Source: an uncultured archaeon
GTDB lineage: Archaea; Thermoplasmatota; Penumbrarchaeia; JASLWR01
Direction: 5' to 3'
Assembly: GCA_964342815.1 (NCBI GenBank)
Contig: CAYFHS010000007.1
Span: 80,754-144,753, forward strand
Length of the DNA: 64,000 nt
Below, piece by piece: positions 30,040 to 40,495 of this stretch (the first letter of the stretch is position 1; each line of letters starts with the position of its first letter). The translations under genes and the position numbers were made by a program. The notes below the pieces were generated by a model. It was not told the origin of the DNA. It was given only the letters and a program-made list of their open reading frames with translations, and searched no databases.

Positions 30040-30250
30040 TTTTTTTGAAAAAAAATGCGACTCAGAAGCGAACCGTAGGTTTGCCTTTGCTAGGAGCATA
30101 ATTTTGTTATAAATTATGGGACTAAGAAGTGAGTAGGGGCCTTGCCTTCGCTAGGAGTATATTTTTATTAAAATATACGACTCAGGAGTGAAACGTAGTT
30201 TTATCTCCGCTAGGAGCATAATTTTGTTATAAATTATGGGACTAAGAAGC
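30034..30250 (+). repeat. tRNA-linked tandem repeat of about 60 bp, with 120-bp higher-order period
   Basis: GGAGYAT at 30034 (the tRNA 3' end), 30093, 30154 and 30213. Each is followed by an AT-rich perfect hairpin and GACTMAGRAG. 41 bp are identical at 30089-30129 and 30209-30249. Confidence 0.9.
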
Positions 30251-30287
30251 AAGCTGTTTGCTCATGCCCGCGGCACTCACTTTTTTC

Positions 30288-30650
30288 TCATTGCTTAAGC
30301 CAATCACCACTGGGTATCTTGAAACACCCCCAAGGTAATTTATCGACATAATACAACCAGCATTCTCCGAAATCGGTGATAACCTGTTTCCTGGTGTAAT
30401 GATCGGGGTAACCGTCGAGATCATCTATACCTCCAAGTGAGGCTTCGTCTATCTCGTAAATCTCAGCGATAATGCTGCCTTCGCTTTTCGTGATATACGG
30501 AAAAGAACCATTGGAATGCATTTTCCAACCCTGTAATTCAACTGTTCCAAGGTATTTTGCATCGGCGAGATATGGATGATTAACGCATCCGTTTCTCAGA
30601 GTACCGTAGACCGCCACCCTCCACTGTTTTCCTACAATAACATTTGTCAC
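30288..30650 (-). CDS. Gamma-glutamylcyclotransferase (AIG2-like) family protein
   Basis: VAVYGTLRNG, EIYEID, IDDLDGYPDHYTR, WLYY. Confidence 0.88.
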   Translation of the reverse strand: MTNVIVGKQWRVAVYGTLRNGCVNHPYLADAKYLGTVELQGWKMHSNGSFPYITKSEGSIIAEIYEIDEASLGGIDDLDGYPDHYTRKQVITDFGECWLYYVDKLPWGCFKIPSGDWLKQ

Positions 30651-30679
30651 CCGTTCCCTCCAAAAGAATTCGTTTTCGG

Positions 30680-30973
30680 CTACAAAATATAAAAATAGAC
30701 TATTGCCCCCAATGCGGCGATATTCAAGATTGTGATAAAGATAGTAAGAATGAAAAAACTCTTCTTTTTCGTCTTGTGACGCACCAGAAGCATTGCGGTT
30801 ATGGCACCCCAGACACCTCCCACGAGAGCTAAAAGATGGAGAGTTTTCTCGGGTATGCGACGGGAATTACGTCTGGCCTTAATCTTGTCCGCCCAGTATA
30901 CGATAAAAGTGACAAGATTGATGAAAGAAAGATATATCCCCACTGCAACGAGTATCTTGTCCATGTCAAACAT
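30680..30973 (-). CDS. DUF1294-family small membrane protein
   Basis: YWADKIKARRNSRRIPEKTLHLLALVGG..GA...RHKTKK. Confidence 0.88.
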   Translation of the reverse strand: MFDMDKILVAVGIYLSFINLVTFIVYWADKIKARRNSRRIPEKTLHLLALVGGVWGAITAMLLVRHKTKKKSFFILTIFITILNIAALGAIVYFYIL

Positions 30974-32059
30974 CTATTTCTTTTCTCCATGGTAGGAGAG
31001 GCTCAATATCCAATCGCCCTTATTCAGTTTTGTCTCGTTTGAAAAGTCCAGAAAAGGTTTCCCCTTCCTGTAAGCGGTGATTATCTTATGACCATCGCCT
31101 ATTGGAATATCCTTTATCAGCATTGTTTTTTCCAACATATGTTGGGAGATATCGAGACCTTCCATTTCTTGACAGATATCCACGATGAAATCAACTACCA
31201 GATTTTCCCCGATTGAGTTGGCGAGAAGCAGTCCGTTAATGGTGGAAGCGGGGATCATCTGGTTTACACCGGCATCCTGCACGATATCCATATTCTGTTC
31301 GTCTTTCACGGAAGCAATGATGCGTACTTTCTTGTTCAGGCGTCTTGCTTTGAGACTAATCATCACGGTGTCCTCATCGCTAGATATTGGCACAATTAGT
31401 GCTTTGGCGGATTCGATCCCCGCCTTTTTCAATACCTCGGTGTTGAGAGCATTACCCACTACAAGATCCACTCCCTGGGCTTTCATCTCCATGAAATCCT
31501 TCGTTCCATCTATCACTACACAATTATCGCCGCGGTTTACCAACTCTGAATGGGCAACCTCTGTCGTAGCGTTCCAACCTACTATAATAATGTGATTCTT
31601 CATCTTTGATTTTTTCATTCCTCTCATCTTCATTAAACTCAACTCCACCAGACGTGAGCCCAGTTCTCCTATGACAATACCCAGAACGCTAATTCCCAAA
31701 AGTGCCACTACGTAATACACGACCCGCCCTTCGTGAGTTGCTGGAGAATAATCTCCGTAACCAACGGTTGTAACTGTCGTGAAGGTCCAATAGAACGATG
31801 TGTGGTACCCAATGGGGTAAGTAAGATCGCTGTTGTTAATTGCTTCTTGTCTTGAAGCATTCCTATTGCTCGATAGGTAATCCTGAATCGTCGCCTGGTT
31901 CTCTTCGTCTATTCCAATATTTTCATAATACCTAAAGCCGAAGGTCCCCAAAAAAAATGTTACAAGAGTTAGTACTATGATCATCATCATTGTTCTCTTC
32001 GTAAGTACTTTCAGTATGGATTTCAAAACCCGGATAAAAATATGCACCATTGTTCTCAT
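30974..32059 (-). CDS. Potassium channel with TrkA_N (RCK) domain
   Basis: TVTTVGYGD selectivity filter; HIIIVGW and GNALNTEVLKKAGI RCK domain. Confidence 0.93.
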   Translation of the reverse strand: MRTMVHIFIRVLKSILKVLTKRTMMMIIVLTLVTFFLGTFGFRYYENIGIDEENQATIQDYLSSNRNASRQEAINNSDLTYPIGYHTSFYWTFTTVTTVGYGDYSPATHEGRVVYYVVALLGISVLGIVIGELGSRLVELSLMKMRGMKKSKMKNHIIIVGWNATTEVAHSELVNRGDNCVVIDGTKDFMEMKAQGVDLVVGNALNTEVLKKAGIESAKALIVPISSDEDTVMISLKARRLNKKVRIIASVKDEQNMDIVQDAGVNQMIPASTINGLLLANSIGENLVVDFIVDICQEMEGLDISQHMLEKTMLIKDIPIGDGHKIITAYRKGKPFLDFSNETKLNKGDWILSLSYHGEKK

Positions 32060-32107
32060 GTAAGAGTTATTTATTATTACCTTTTTCGGTATTTATTTTT
32101 TATACGT

Positions 32108-34132
32108 TTATAGACCTCTAAACCGATATTTTTCTCCTGGCTCAAAATTCTCAACGGGACATGGGCCAAGGCATTTCCGGCACATAATGCAGAGTGTTGC
32201 ATCCACAAGCACCTTTTCACGCTCACCCATATCCTCGAGAGAAAGAGCCCCTGCGGGACACCTGCCGAGACAAACTCCGCATCCCAGGCAGTGAATAGCT
32301 CTCTTTAAGACGGAAATGGCATCTTTGACATTGAGATCAATGCTGCTTTCTTCGCCCTCGATCGTAAAAAAGGTTTCATAAATTTTTATTATACCACCTT
32401 TTAAGTCCTCTATCTTCAGTATTTCGTTATCGTGAGACACGATCCTTCCAAGGATGGAAGCCAATCGGGCCACTTCCTTCAATGAAACCTTCCTGTTGAA
32501 ATGTCCTTTCACTTGACAAGTCACCGCTTGTCCTGTTTGGTGAGCCAGCAGGGTCGCCTTTACCACTGAATCAATCCCTTTCGTACCCCCTCTTGTCAAG
32601 GATCCCACGGATAATGCTGAATTCATTTCTGCCGGAATATTATCATCGGAGGGATCAGGGAAGAGGTCGTAAGAAGTGGATTTCCGCTCTTTGAGAACTT
32701 GGTTTACGCTGCCGGGATAGTGTCTCCACCTCCAAAGACCCAGATCGATCCACCTTGACGAAAATCCCTTCTCTTCCGCCCACCTTTTCAGATATTCGAA
32801 AAAAGTATTGCTGCCGTCATAACCATCCCGTATCCCTTTGAGATCCGCCACCGATGAAGCCGGACAAAGCCAGCACCCGATCCTCGCGGGACCTCTTTCA
32901 TACCAGGGATTGTAGGTACCTTTCTCCCGGAAGATATATAACCATACCGTTAGAGCGTTCCACTTCTGTATGGGTGAGAATCCCTGCTGATTGGGCACCC
33001 AGGGATTGATCCATTTTTCTCCTTTCTTTTTTCTCTGCAGGGATTCATACTGTCTCTGACCTATAAACGAGAGAAGGCCTTTAGGGTATTTTTTCTTGAT
33101 CAACCTTGTGGCTGGGCCCAGCTTGCATATCTTGCAGCACCAGCGGAAATCCTTTGACGGAGGTCCGAAATACTCAAGAGCGCGGTAGAATGCATCACCG
33201 GCATCGAATGTTACGATTTCCAGTGAATATTTATCTGCAACCTCGTGTACGTTCTCGATGGTCTCGGGAAGCTCGAGACCCGTGTTTATAAAAAGAAGAT
33301 CCGGCTTGTAACCGGCCTCCAATACCAACAAGAGGGTAGCCAACGAGTCCTTTCCCCCGCTGTAAGATACAGCCATTGGAAGATGGGTATCTTCAATCAC
33401 CTGCCGGATGAATTTCCTGGCCTTGTTCACCTTCGCGAGGAGCATATACGCGTTGGCTTCCACTGCCCGATCCCAGCTCGGCTCAATCTCGGGAATGAAA
33501 ACGGGATAATCTTTTCCGCTGGTTCTACGTCGGCTCTTTACCGCCACACCCCTTTTTTCTCGAATCATCTCAACACTGGTCATCTGGGCGGCTCCCGACA
33601 TGAGGATTGAGCCGTGTTTGTCACAAACCAGCACCTCGTCTTCTACCTCGAACTCTCCAACGACCTTCGTGATTCCCGGGGCAAGACAGCTGGCTCCCTT
33701 TTCTATAAAGGGAATCGCCCCGTCATCAACAATAACAACATTGCTGGTGGCCATCTTATCCAGCAGCGACATACCAAAGTCCTGAGGTATGAAAAAATAA
33801 CGTCCGGATAAAAGCTTGAATTTCAGATTTCCAATCACCCTGCCGTGGATGATGATCTCGTCCATTCTGTCCAGAGAAGGAACGCTGTTCAAAACTACCA
33901 ATGATCCCTTCCCGATCAATTTCTCAACTGCTGCCGGACCGAACTGCAATGCAATAACTTCTTTTATTCTGATGATGTCCGCATCGAATGCAGGCCTTAT
34001 ATCACCCGGGGGTGTATGTTTAACTCTAAAAGTTGTGCCATTACATATGGAGCATTTTCTCTGCTCAATTATTGGAAGATCGCAATTACCGCACCATCTA
34101 AGCGACAACTCACCAAGTATTACCCGACCCAT
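32108..34132 (-). CDS. PAPS-reductase-family protein with PUA and 4Fe-4S domains
   Basis: SYSGGKDS, RWCCKICKLGP, GQRQYES, RIGCWLCP; PUA region (GASCLAPGI); C-terminal CLGCGVCLGRCP and CIMCRKCLGPCP. Confidence 0.88.
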   Translation of the reverse strand: MGRVILGELSLRWCGNCDLPIIEQRKCSICNGTTFRVKHTPPGDIRPAFDADIIRIKEVIALQFGPAAVEKLIGKGSLVVLNSVPSLDRMDEIIIHGRVIGNLKFKLLSGRYFFIPQDFGMSLLDKMATSNVVIVDDGAIPFIEKGASCLAPGITKVVGEFEVEDEVLVCDKHGSILMSGAAQMTSVEMIREKRGVAVKSRRRTSGKDYPVFIPEIEPSWDRAVEANAYMLLAKVNKARKFIRQVIEDTHLPMAVSYSGGKDSLATLLLVLEAGYKPDLLFINTGLELPETIENVHEVADKYSLEIVTFDAGDAFYRALEYFGPPSKDFRWCCKICKLGPATRLIKKKYPKGLLSFIGQRQYESLQRKKKGEKWINPWVPNQQGFSPIQKWNALTVWLYIFREKGTYNPWYERGPARIGCWLCPASSVADLKGIRDGYDGSNTFFEYLKRWAEEKGFSSRWIDLGLWRWRHYPGSVNQVLKERKSTSYDLFPDPSDDNIPAEMNSALSVGSLTRGGTKGIDSVVKATLLAHQTGQAVTCQVKGHFNRKVSLKEVARLASILGRIVSHDNEILKIEDLKGGIIKIYETFFTIEGEESSIDLNVKDAISVLKRAIHCLGCGVCLGRCPAGALSLEDMGEREKVLVDATLCIMCRKCLGPCPVENFEPGEKYRFRGL

Positions 34133-34299
34133 TTTTACACAGTTCCATATTATATAATCCTCTTTGGACGCGGTTGGATTAAAGCGTCATCGGTTATAAT
34201 TCATCGGTCTGGTTTTTCGTCATCAGATTTTTATCGATAGAATGATGATTTTGAAATGGAATGTAAAAGTATTTAGAATATTATTTCGTTCAACTGGAT

Positions 34300-37200
34300 A
34301 TGCGCTTTTCAGGGAACTGTATTCTTTTTTTCACGGTTCTTTTTATTTGTCCATTATTGATTTTACCACTAAATTCCGCGGGTATTGCCTCTATTTCTTT
34401 GGAAAAAGATACGGCGTCTCTTACCGTTAATAATGATATTAAGCTTACGAAAAATGAAATATCCAATGCTCTTCACTGGTCCAATACTCCGGTGACCAGG
34501 GACCCATGGCAGCTTGAATACCTGGAAACTTCACCGGTTTCAGCGAGCGGTGGGTCCGTAGATTTCCTTTATTCATCAAATGATCTATCTGTAAAACCAG
34601 GTGTCCGTTACAGGGCCGGCCGGACAGATCCATCCCTCGTTGACCTGTATGTCGAGTCGGATCTCTATCTACTACCAATGGTTAACGAAACCATATCACA
34701 GTACGTTTACGATAAGACTGTTCTCGGAGATTACCAGATCGATGTATACTCTGTCTCGTCCATCAGCCCAAGTGATTTCCGGGAACAACTTCATTGGTCC
34801 TACATAAATGGAACCACCGGGGCGGTACTGTTGGGTGATCTTCCCGAAGTGATATTTGAGATGAACGATTCCTTTGGCGGTTATGAATCCTTCCCTTGTG
34901 ACCTGTATTTCATGGATGTGGATGGAGAATGGGCCGATAACGACAGCAATGGCAAAATGGATTATCACGGTGGTGAATTGGAGGCAGACATATGGATCTC
35001 CAGGATCAAACCATCCATGATCCCAACCGAACTTGAGAGCACGCTGACTGTGGATTATTTTGGAAGGGTGCATTCCTATTTCATGGGCGACCTGAGGGTA
35101 AATCATACTGCGCTTCTATACATAGACGACGATTGGGCTCCCTGGGGCGATCTTTATGCCTGGAATATTTCGGCATTATATCCCGAGCCGGTTCTCGTGA
35201 ACAACATCGCTGATACAAATGGGGGCGATTATATCGATAACAGGGTCACCGCAGGGTACGAGTTCATACAGGTTCATGTTCACTCGTCCCCAACAGTCCA
35301 CTATTTTGCACAGGGAGGTAACGTTCATGCCTCTCAGGTAAGAGTAGCTCAGCCCCAGTCCCTGTTCATGAACCTTTTCTGCTGCAGCGGTAGCGATTAT
35401 GATGCCGTGGCCAATTTCGGGGCGACATATATGTTCTTTGGCAGGGGGCTTGCTACAATAGGAAGTACAAAAACAGGCTCAATGCTGAATTTCGGTGATT
35501 TCTATACTCCCCTGGCAAACCACCGCTCCATGGGTGAGGCTTTCCTCGACTGGTCAAAAACCACCATGGAACGCTCCCGGGAATGGCATTATGGAATGTC
35601 TTTGCAGGGAGACGGGCTTTTATCTCCGAAATACGATTCCATCATGTACCCGCCGGAGTTCACGGATAGAAACAACGGCACTCTTAGAGTAAATGGCTCG
35701 ACGCCGGAGAATATACTTATCGATATTGACATTACAACCCAGAAAGGCTCGGTTCTTGATACAGCTGAATATCGGATAAACAATGGTCCCTGGATAGGAC
35801 TGTTTTCCGAGGACTGCTTCGATTTCACCAATGATTGGAACATATCCAAGAATTCCCTCTCTGAAGGAAACAACACAATAACGGTACGAGCTGAGACCAT
35901 TTTTAATGTAGGAACGAATTACAACCTCACCATTATGAAAGACACTCTGGCACCTGCAAATATTGTAATGAAGGTGGAAGACGGAACGGGTTACGTCAAC
36001 GAACGGGATGTGATATTGGGAGTGAATGCATGGGATGTCAGCGGTCTGGATATGATGAGTACCAGTACTGATGGTATAAATTGGGCTCCATGGGTGAAAT
36101 ATGCACCTACGATGCCCTTCCGCTTGCCCGATAGCGAGGGTATTCACGATATCCACCTAAGGATAAGCGATACATTTTTCAATATCGAATATACCAGGAT
36201 CCAGGTGGAGTTGGACCGCGTTCTTCCCAAAGGGTGTAATATTAGCATCAACAATGGGAATCCTTTTACCTCTTCGAGAAACGTTACTCTCACTATAAGC
36301 ACTTTGGAAAATATGTCGAATCTCACCCTAATGTCCGTGTCGATGCTCGATTACTGGCTCCCTGACTGGATTCCACTCAAGGAAGAGATCACGTATGAGC
36401 TTGAAGGAGAAGAGGGAATATTTCAGATTTTCATGAAGGTAAGGGACCGTGCAAACAACACTTCTCCCGTACTGAGCTCCACTATCACCTATGACCCCAC
36501 TCCACCGATGCCAGTGAAGATCGTGGCAAACAACGGAGTTCTGTTGACCAATGACACCACAGTTCATCTTGAATTGAAAGCCCATGACAACACGAGCGGT
36601 ATAGATAAAATGAGATTCGGTTTCGACGGCCTGGAATGGAACCCATGGGTGAATTATTCGAAAGATACTGAATTGATTCTCCCGGAAGTGGATGGAGAGA
36701 TAAATATATACTTCCAGGTTTTGGATGGGGCCGGTAACGTTTACGATAGAAACGACGTTTACACGACCCTGATCCTGGATACAACTCCGCCGATATCCGA
36801 TGTGATTCCATCGAATCCACCTGATGGATCGAATGGATGGTACGTGACAATTCCTAATATTGAGATCGAACATAATGGTATTGCAGCCTATTACCGATTG
36901 GATGATAATAATTTCATTTTTTACGAGGGGCCCATTACACTGAAGGAGGGTGAAAGTGTCCTGAACTACTATTCGGTGGACATGGCCGGGAACTCTGAAA
37001 AAATCAATAAGAAGACGTTCAAAGTGGATACCATTCCCCCTGTTTATGGCGTCAATGAGATATGTCGCACTGAGAAGAACCTGCAAGGGTGGTATCATGA
37101 TGAAGTTGTTCTTGAATTTTCTTCTGAAATTACACCAATGAGCCGGGAAAGCATCCGCCTGGAGACTCCTGCCCTTGTGGATCTTACCGGAAGCAGGTTT

Positions 37201-38145
37201 ACCATCGACGTCGACGGTATCAATTTTATTCAGTACTGGGCGCTGGATGAAGCCGGAAACATTGGTCGAAAAACAAACATTACCATCATGATCGACAGGG
37301 AACCGCCGCGATTATCGGCCAAACATCGTGTTGAAGGAAAAAAACTTATTCTTGATTTATCGGCTTCGGATAATGTGGGTGAGCTTGTTTTCGATATAGA
37401 TCCGGGTGACGGTTCCGGTAAGACGGAAACGGGGGAATTTCACTGGGAACGACAGTACAAGGAGGGAAATTACAGGCTGATAATCGTTTGCAGGGATGAG
37501 TCGGGCCTCACATCGAAAAAATACGTAAACTTCACTATAGAGCGTGTGATGTTGGATAATTTCTACGGGGAAAGTGGGGTGACCATTGCAGGATACCTTG
37601 CAATGGGCGGATTCATCTTTTTCATTTTTATTATTTTTATTCTGATCAAGAGAAAGCGGAAGGTGCCTGCGAAGGTGGGCCTGTTTGATAACGACACAGG
37701 ACAAGCGGTGACTTGTCAAGAAGATACACCGCCGAAGAAAAGAATCCCGTCCCATAAGAGAAAGGTGGAAATGGGCCCCATGAGAGCCGAAAAAAATAAA
37801 ATTCGAAAAGAAGAAAAATCCGATGAATGGGAAGAATGGATAGGTCCTGATACCAAGGTGGATGATGATCCGGCGGACGTTGGTCTGACAGACGTTCCGG
37901 AAAAAGCGGAAACACTACCAGATAAGGAAGCTGACAAGGTATCTGATTGGCTGGAAGAAGATTTCTGGGAATGGAACGATGGGGAACCGGAGGAAACGGA
38001 GGAAACGGACGAAACCGTGGAAACCGTGGAAACCGTGGAAACCGGGGAAGAAATAGGGTGGTTGGAAGATGGAGAAAACTGGGACGATAATGATGAATTC
38101 GAGATATGGGGTTCGCAGCATTTCTCAAACGACAATAATACCTAA
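34300..38145 (+). CDS. Large secreted, membrane-anchored protein with a peptidase C25 (gingipain)-like domain and Ig-like repeats
   Basis: Signal peptide; DLYFMDVDG..ADIWISRI, HVHSS (His), LFCCSG (Cys), GEAFLDW and MSLQGD resemble C25; repeated beta modules; TM near aa 1095-1115; acidic tail. Confidence 0.65.
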   Translation: MRFSGNCILFFTVLFICPLLILPLNSAGIASISLEKDTASLTVNNDIKLTKNEISNALHWSNTPVTRDPWQLEYLETSPVSASGGSVDFLYSSNDLSVKPGVRYRAGRTDPSLVDLYVESDLYLLPMVNETISQYVYDKTVLGDYQIDVYSVSSISPSDFREQLHWSYINGTTGAVLLGDLPEVIFEMNDSFGGYESFPCDLYFMDVDGEWADNDSNGKMDYHGGELEADIWISRIKPSMIPTELESTLTVDYFGRVHSYFMGDLRVNHTALLYIDDDWAPWGDLYAWNISALYPEPVLVNNIADTNGGDYIDNRVTAGYEFIQVHVHSSPTVHYFAQGGNVHASQVRVAQPQSLFMNLFCCSGSDYDAVANFGATYMFFGRGLATIGSTKTGSMLNFGDFYTPLANHRSMGEAFLDWSKTTMERSREWHYGMSLQGDGLLSPKYDSIMYPPEFTDRNNGTLRVNGSTPENILIDIDITTQKGSVLDTAEYRINNGPWIGLFSEDCFDFTNDWNISKNSLSEGNNTITVRAETIFNVGTNYNLTIMKDTLAPANIVMKVEDGTGYVNERDVILGVNAWDVSGLDMMSTSTDGINWAPWVKYAPTMPFRLPDSEGIHDIHLRISDTFFNIEYTRIQVELDRVLPKGCNISINNGNPFTSSRNVTLTISTLENMSNLTLMSVSMLDYWLPDWIPLKEEITYELEGEEGIFQIFMKVRDRANNTSPVLSSTITYDPTPPMPVKIVANNGVLLTNDTTVHLELKAHDNTSGIDKMRFGFDGLEWNPWVNYSKDTELILPEVDGEINIYFQVLDGAGNVYDRNDVYTTLILDTTPPISDVIPSNPPDGSNGWYVTIPNIEIEHNGIAAYYRLDDNNFIFYEGPITLKEGESVLNYYSVDMAGNSEKINKKTFKVDTIPPVYGVNEICRTEKNLQGWYHDEVVLEFSSEITPMSRESIRLETPALVDLTGSRFTIDVDGINFIQYWALDEAGNIGRKTNITIMIDREPPRLSAKHRVEGKKLILDLSASDNVGELVFDIDPGDGSGKTETGEFHWERQYKEGNYRLIIVCRDESGLTSKKYVNFTIERVMLDNFYGESGVTIAGYLAMGGFIFFIFIIFILIKRKRKVPAKVGLFDNDTGQAVTCQEDTPPKKRIPSHKRKVEMGPMRAEKNKIRKEEKSDEWEEWIGPDTKVDDDPADVGLTDVPEKAETLPDKEADKVSDWLEEDFWEWNDGEPEETEETDETVETVETVETGEEIGWLEDGENWDDNDEFEIWGSQHFSNDNNT
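38011..38046 (+). repeat. 9-bp tandem repeat GAAACCGTG encoding (ETV)n
   Basis: Three perfect copies plus GAAACCGGG. Confidence 0.85.
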
Positions 38146-38152
38146 TCTATTT

Positions 38153-38341
38153 TTATTTGAAACATCCCAACATACAACTGTTAATCTTTATTCCCAGTTC
38201 GGATAATATTGCAGCCATTCTGTTCGTTTCAACATCCCATTGGCCAGCCATGGCTTGAGCGTCAGGGCAGTTTATTTTCTCTTTACTGTAATTCTTCCTA
38301 AGATATTCTATTAGTCTTCTTTCCTGTGGGGTATAATCCAT
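38153..38341 (-). CDS. Small conserved hypothetical protein (C...IKINSCMLGCF type)
   Basis: INCPDAQAMA...ILSELGIKINSCMLGCFK matches a pattern I recall from a small-protein family in anaerobes; from memory, unverified. Confidence 0.7.
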   Translation of the reverse strand: MDYTPQERRLIEYLRKNYSKEKINCPDAQAMAGQWDVETNRMAAILSELGIKINSCMLGCFK

Positions 38342-38405
38342 AATTTCACGTCCACTTATCTATTTATATTATTAGAGTTAATCAATCGCCAGGCTCTTTT
38401 CTGTT

Positions 38406-39890
38406 TTATGAACAATGTAGGAATCTATTTGCGATCTCTCTCAATGTATCTTTGTCGTCTCGAATTCTCCTGCTCAATTCTTCATCTCCGAAGTCCATTA
38501 AGGATTGGGCCACTGCATCGAGCATGTATGATGGGAATACGCCATGGCGTTGATATTCTTCTCTGTTTTCTAATATTCTATCCGCTGACTCTTTGCAGGA
38601 GCCAGGTAGTTGGGGTAAATTTTTCCTTTTTTCCCCAAAGCTCTTAGAAAAAATATTTTCTTCAATGTATAGGTTTTCCGCCAATTCCAGAGCGTCGTTC
38701 ATCTCCAGCCCAATTCTTGCGGCTACCGCCATCCCAGCCAACAAAAGGTGGATATTGGCAGAGCCGTCCGGTGCCCGGAACTCAATGGTCTGCCTGTGCT
38801 TTACACAAGGAATTCCCCCCCTATCACCGGGATTGGCCTTTCTCACCATTTCATGAACGTTTTTCCCGCTCAACGGGAGCCTTACAAGTACTGAACGGTT
38901 CCGATCGCCCCAACATACATTTGTAGGAGCTTCCTGATTGGGTACCATTCTCATGTAGGAAACCGGTACGGTGTTTCCAAAAGCGCATAGGGACGGTGCG
39001 AGACTCAGGAGACCCGCAATAACTTTCTTAGCCTCCGCGCTCAATTCATCTCCACGCAACATAATGTTTTGATCTTCCCTCATAAGTTTTGTATGGATGT
39101 GAAGTCCGTTTCCAGCCAAATCCATGATTATTTTTGGTACGAAACTCACAGTGACCCCGTACCTATATGCTAAAGATCTCAGTATCCATTTGGCTAGGAC
39201 AATTTGATCCGCGGCATCTTCAATAGGCCCCAGGCTGAATTCGATCTCATGCTGTTCAATGTCAACATCATCGAGAGATACATATCCCACCTCGGAATGC
39301 CCGTATCTTATTCGACCGCCAGCCTGTGTGATCAACTTCATTGCCTCGCAGCGCAGTTTTTCCCATTTGATGAATGGTGTTGACCCGCTGTAACCTTTCT
39401 GTGTTGGATTGGGGTATAGATCAACTTTTTCGGATATAATGTAAAACTCCAACTCGGCCATAGCTTCTATGCTTAGGCCGGTCTTTTCCTTGAATACTGT
39501 GTGTGCCTTTGCCAAAATGTTACCGGGTGAGCCCCAAAAAGGTTCCCCTTCGTTTGTGTAATATGTGCATAATAGGTCAACGGCGGGGATGGAGCTAAAA
39601 GGATTTACATAAGCGGTCCCGTAGCGGGGAATTACGTAGAGATCGCTTGAGGCCGCACCGACATAGGGAAAAATGCTGGAACCGTCCACTCTCTCCCCCG
39701 CTGAGAGTATACGTTCCAGTTCCTCCCTGCTCGAGATAATGAAGTTTAGAGTCTTCAACCTGCCGTCACCACCAACAAAACGGAAATTAATCATCTCGTA
39801 ATTGTTATCCATGATAAATTTGACCAGATCATTCCTGGAAAAGGCCGAGGAAGGTTTCCCAAGGTACCTGACTATCTCATTGGAATTCAT
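38406..39890 (-). CDS. glnA: Glutamine synthetase, GSI family
   Basis: ELEFY, HSEV, QHEIEF, AGNGLHIH, RMVPNQEAP, RNRSVLVRLP, IEFRAPDGSAN. Confidence 0.9.
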   Translation of the reverse strand: MNSNEIVRYLGKPSSAFSRNDLVKFIMDNNYEMINFRFVGGDGRLKTLNFIISSREELERILSAGERVDGSSIFPYVGAASSDLYVIPRYGTAYVNPFSSIPAVDLLCTYYTNEGEPFWGSPGNILAKAHTVFKEKTGLSIEAMAELEFYIISEKVDLYPNPTQKGYSGSTPFIKWEKLRCEAMKLITQAGGRIRYGHSEVGYVSLDDVDIEQHEIEFSLGPIEDAADQIVLAKWILRSLAYRYGVTVSFVPKIIMDLAGNGLHIHTKLMREDQNIMLRGDELSAEAKKVIAGLLSLAPSLCAFGNTVPVSYMRMVPNQEAPTNVCWGDRNRSVLVRLPLSGKNVHEMVRKANPGDRGGIPCVKHRQTIEFRAPDGSANIHLLLAGMAVAARIGLEMNDALELAENLYIEENIFSKSFGEKRKNLPQLPGSCKESADRILENREEYQRHGVFPSYMLDAVAQSLMDFGDEELSRRIRDDKDTLREIANRFLHCS

Positions 39891-40252
39891 GGATATGGAG
39901 TCTTGTTTCGTTTACTCAACCGCCTTTATTTGCGTCCTTTACTTATGCAGTAATTGTTAAGAAAATCAAGTGAATAATATAAAAACAGTTGTTAATTTAT
40001 TTTTAAAATTGAAAGAGATATGAAACGATGGATTATTATCACAAAAAAAATTTCCCTTTCACCAATACAACTTTTCTATTTGTTACTTCATTAATCTAAC
40101 CCCTATACTATGCATAATCATAGATAATTTTATTATAACCACCAATAACCGAGCGCCCTTTCTCAGGATATGATAACGGAGAGTAATTATAAAATAACAA
40201 GAAGTAATTTATCCTTACAGATATTCTCCCTGGAACTGATTGGAATTTAGAG

Positions 40253-40495
40253 GTGACAATTATGAGTATAGAAACCCTGATGGAACTTGAAAAAAAGATC
40301 GTAAGATATATTGACGAAGTTGTAGAGGACGAGATCATCGATGTGGACGAGGTTGTAAAACTGGCAAAGTACGCAAACGAGATCACAAGAAAGATCGATG
40401 AAGACGGTATAGTGGATCCGGATGAACAGGTAGTTTATGACCGGGTCTCGGGAAAGTTACGGGAATTATTCTTGAAATACGATATCGAAGGATAG
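40253..40495 (+). CDS. Small acidic protein with two D/E-x-I-x-D-x-D-E motifs, possibly metal-binding
   Basis: DEIIDVDE and DGIVDPDE; SD GAGGTGA before ATG 40262. Confidence 0.65.
   Translation: MTIMSIETLMELEKKIVRYIDEVVEDEIIDVDEVVKLAKYANEITRKIDEDGIVDPDEQVVYDRVSGKLRELFLKYDIEG

Noticed and set aside
30034-30250. Possible CRISPR array
   Set aside because: Units are about 60-bp tandem copies with two near-identical blocks and no unique spacers; no cas genes in the window.
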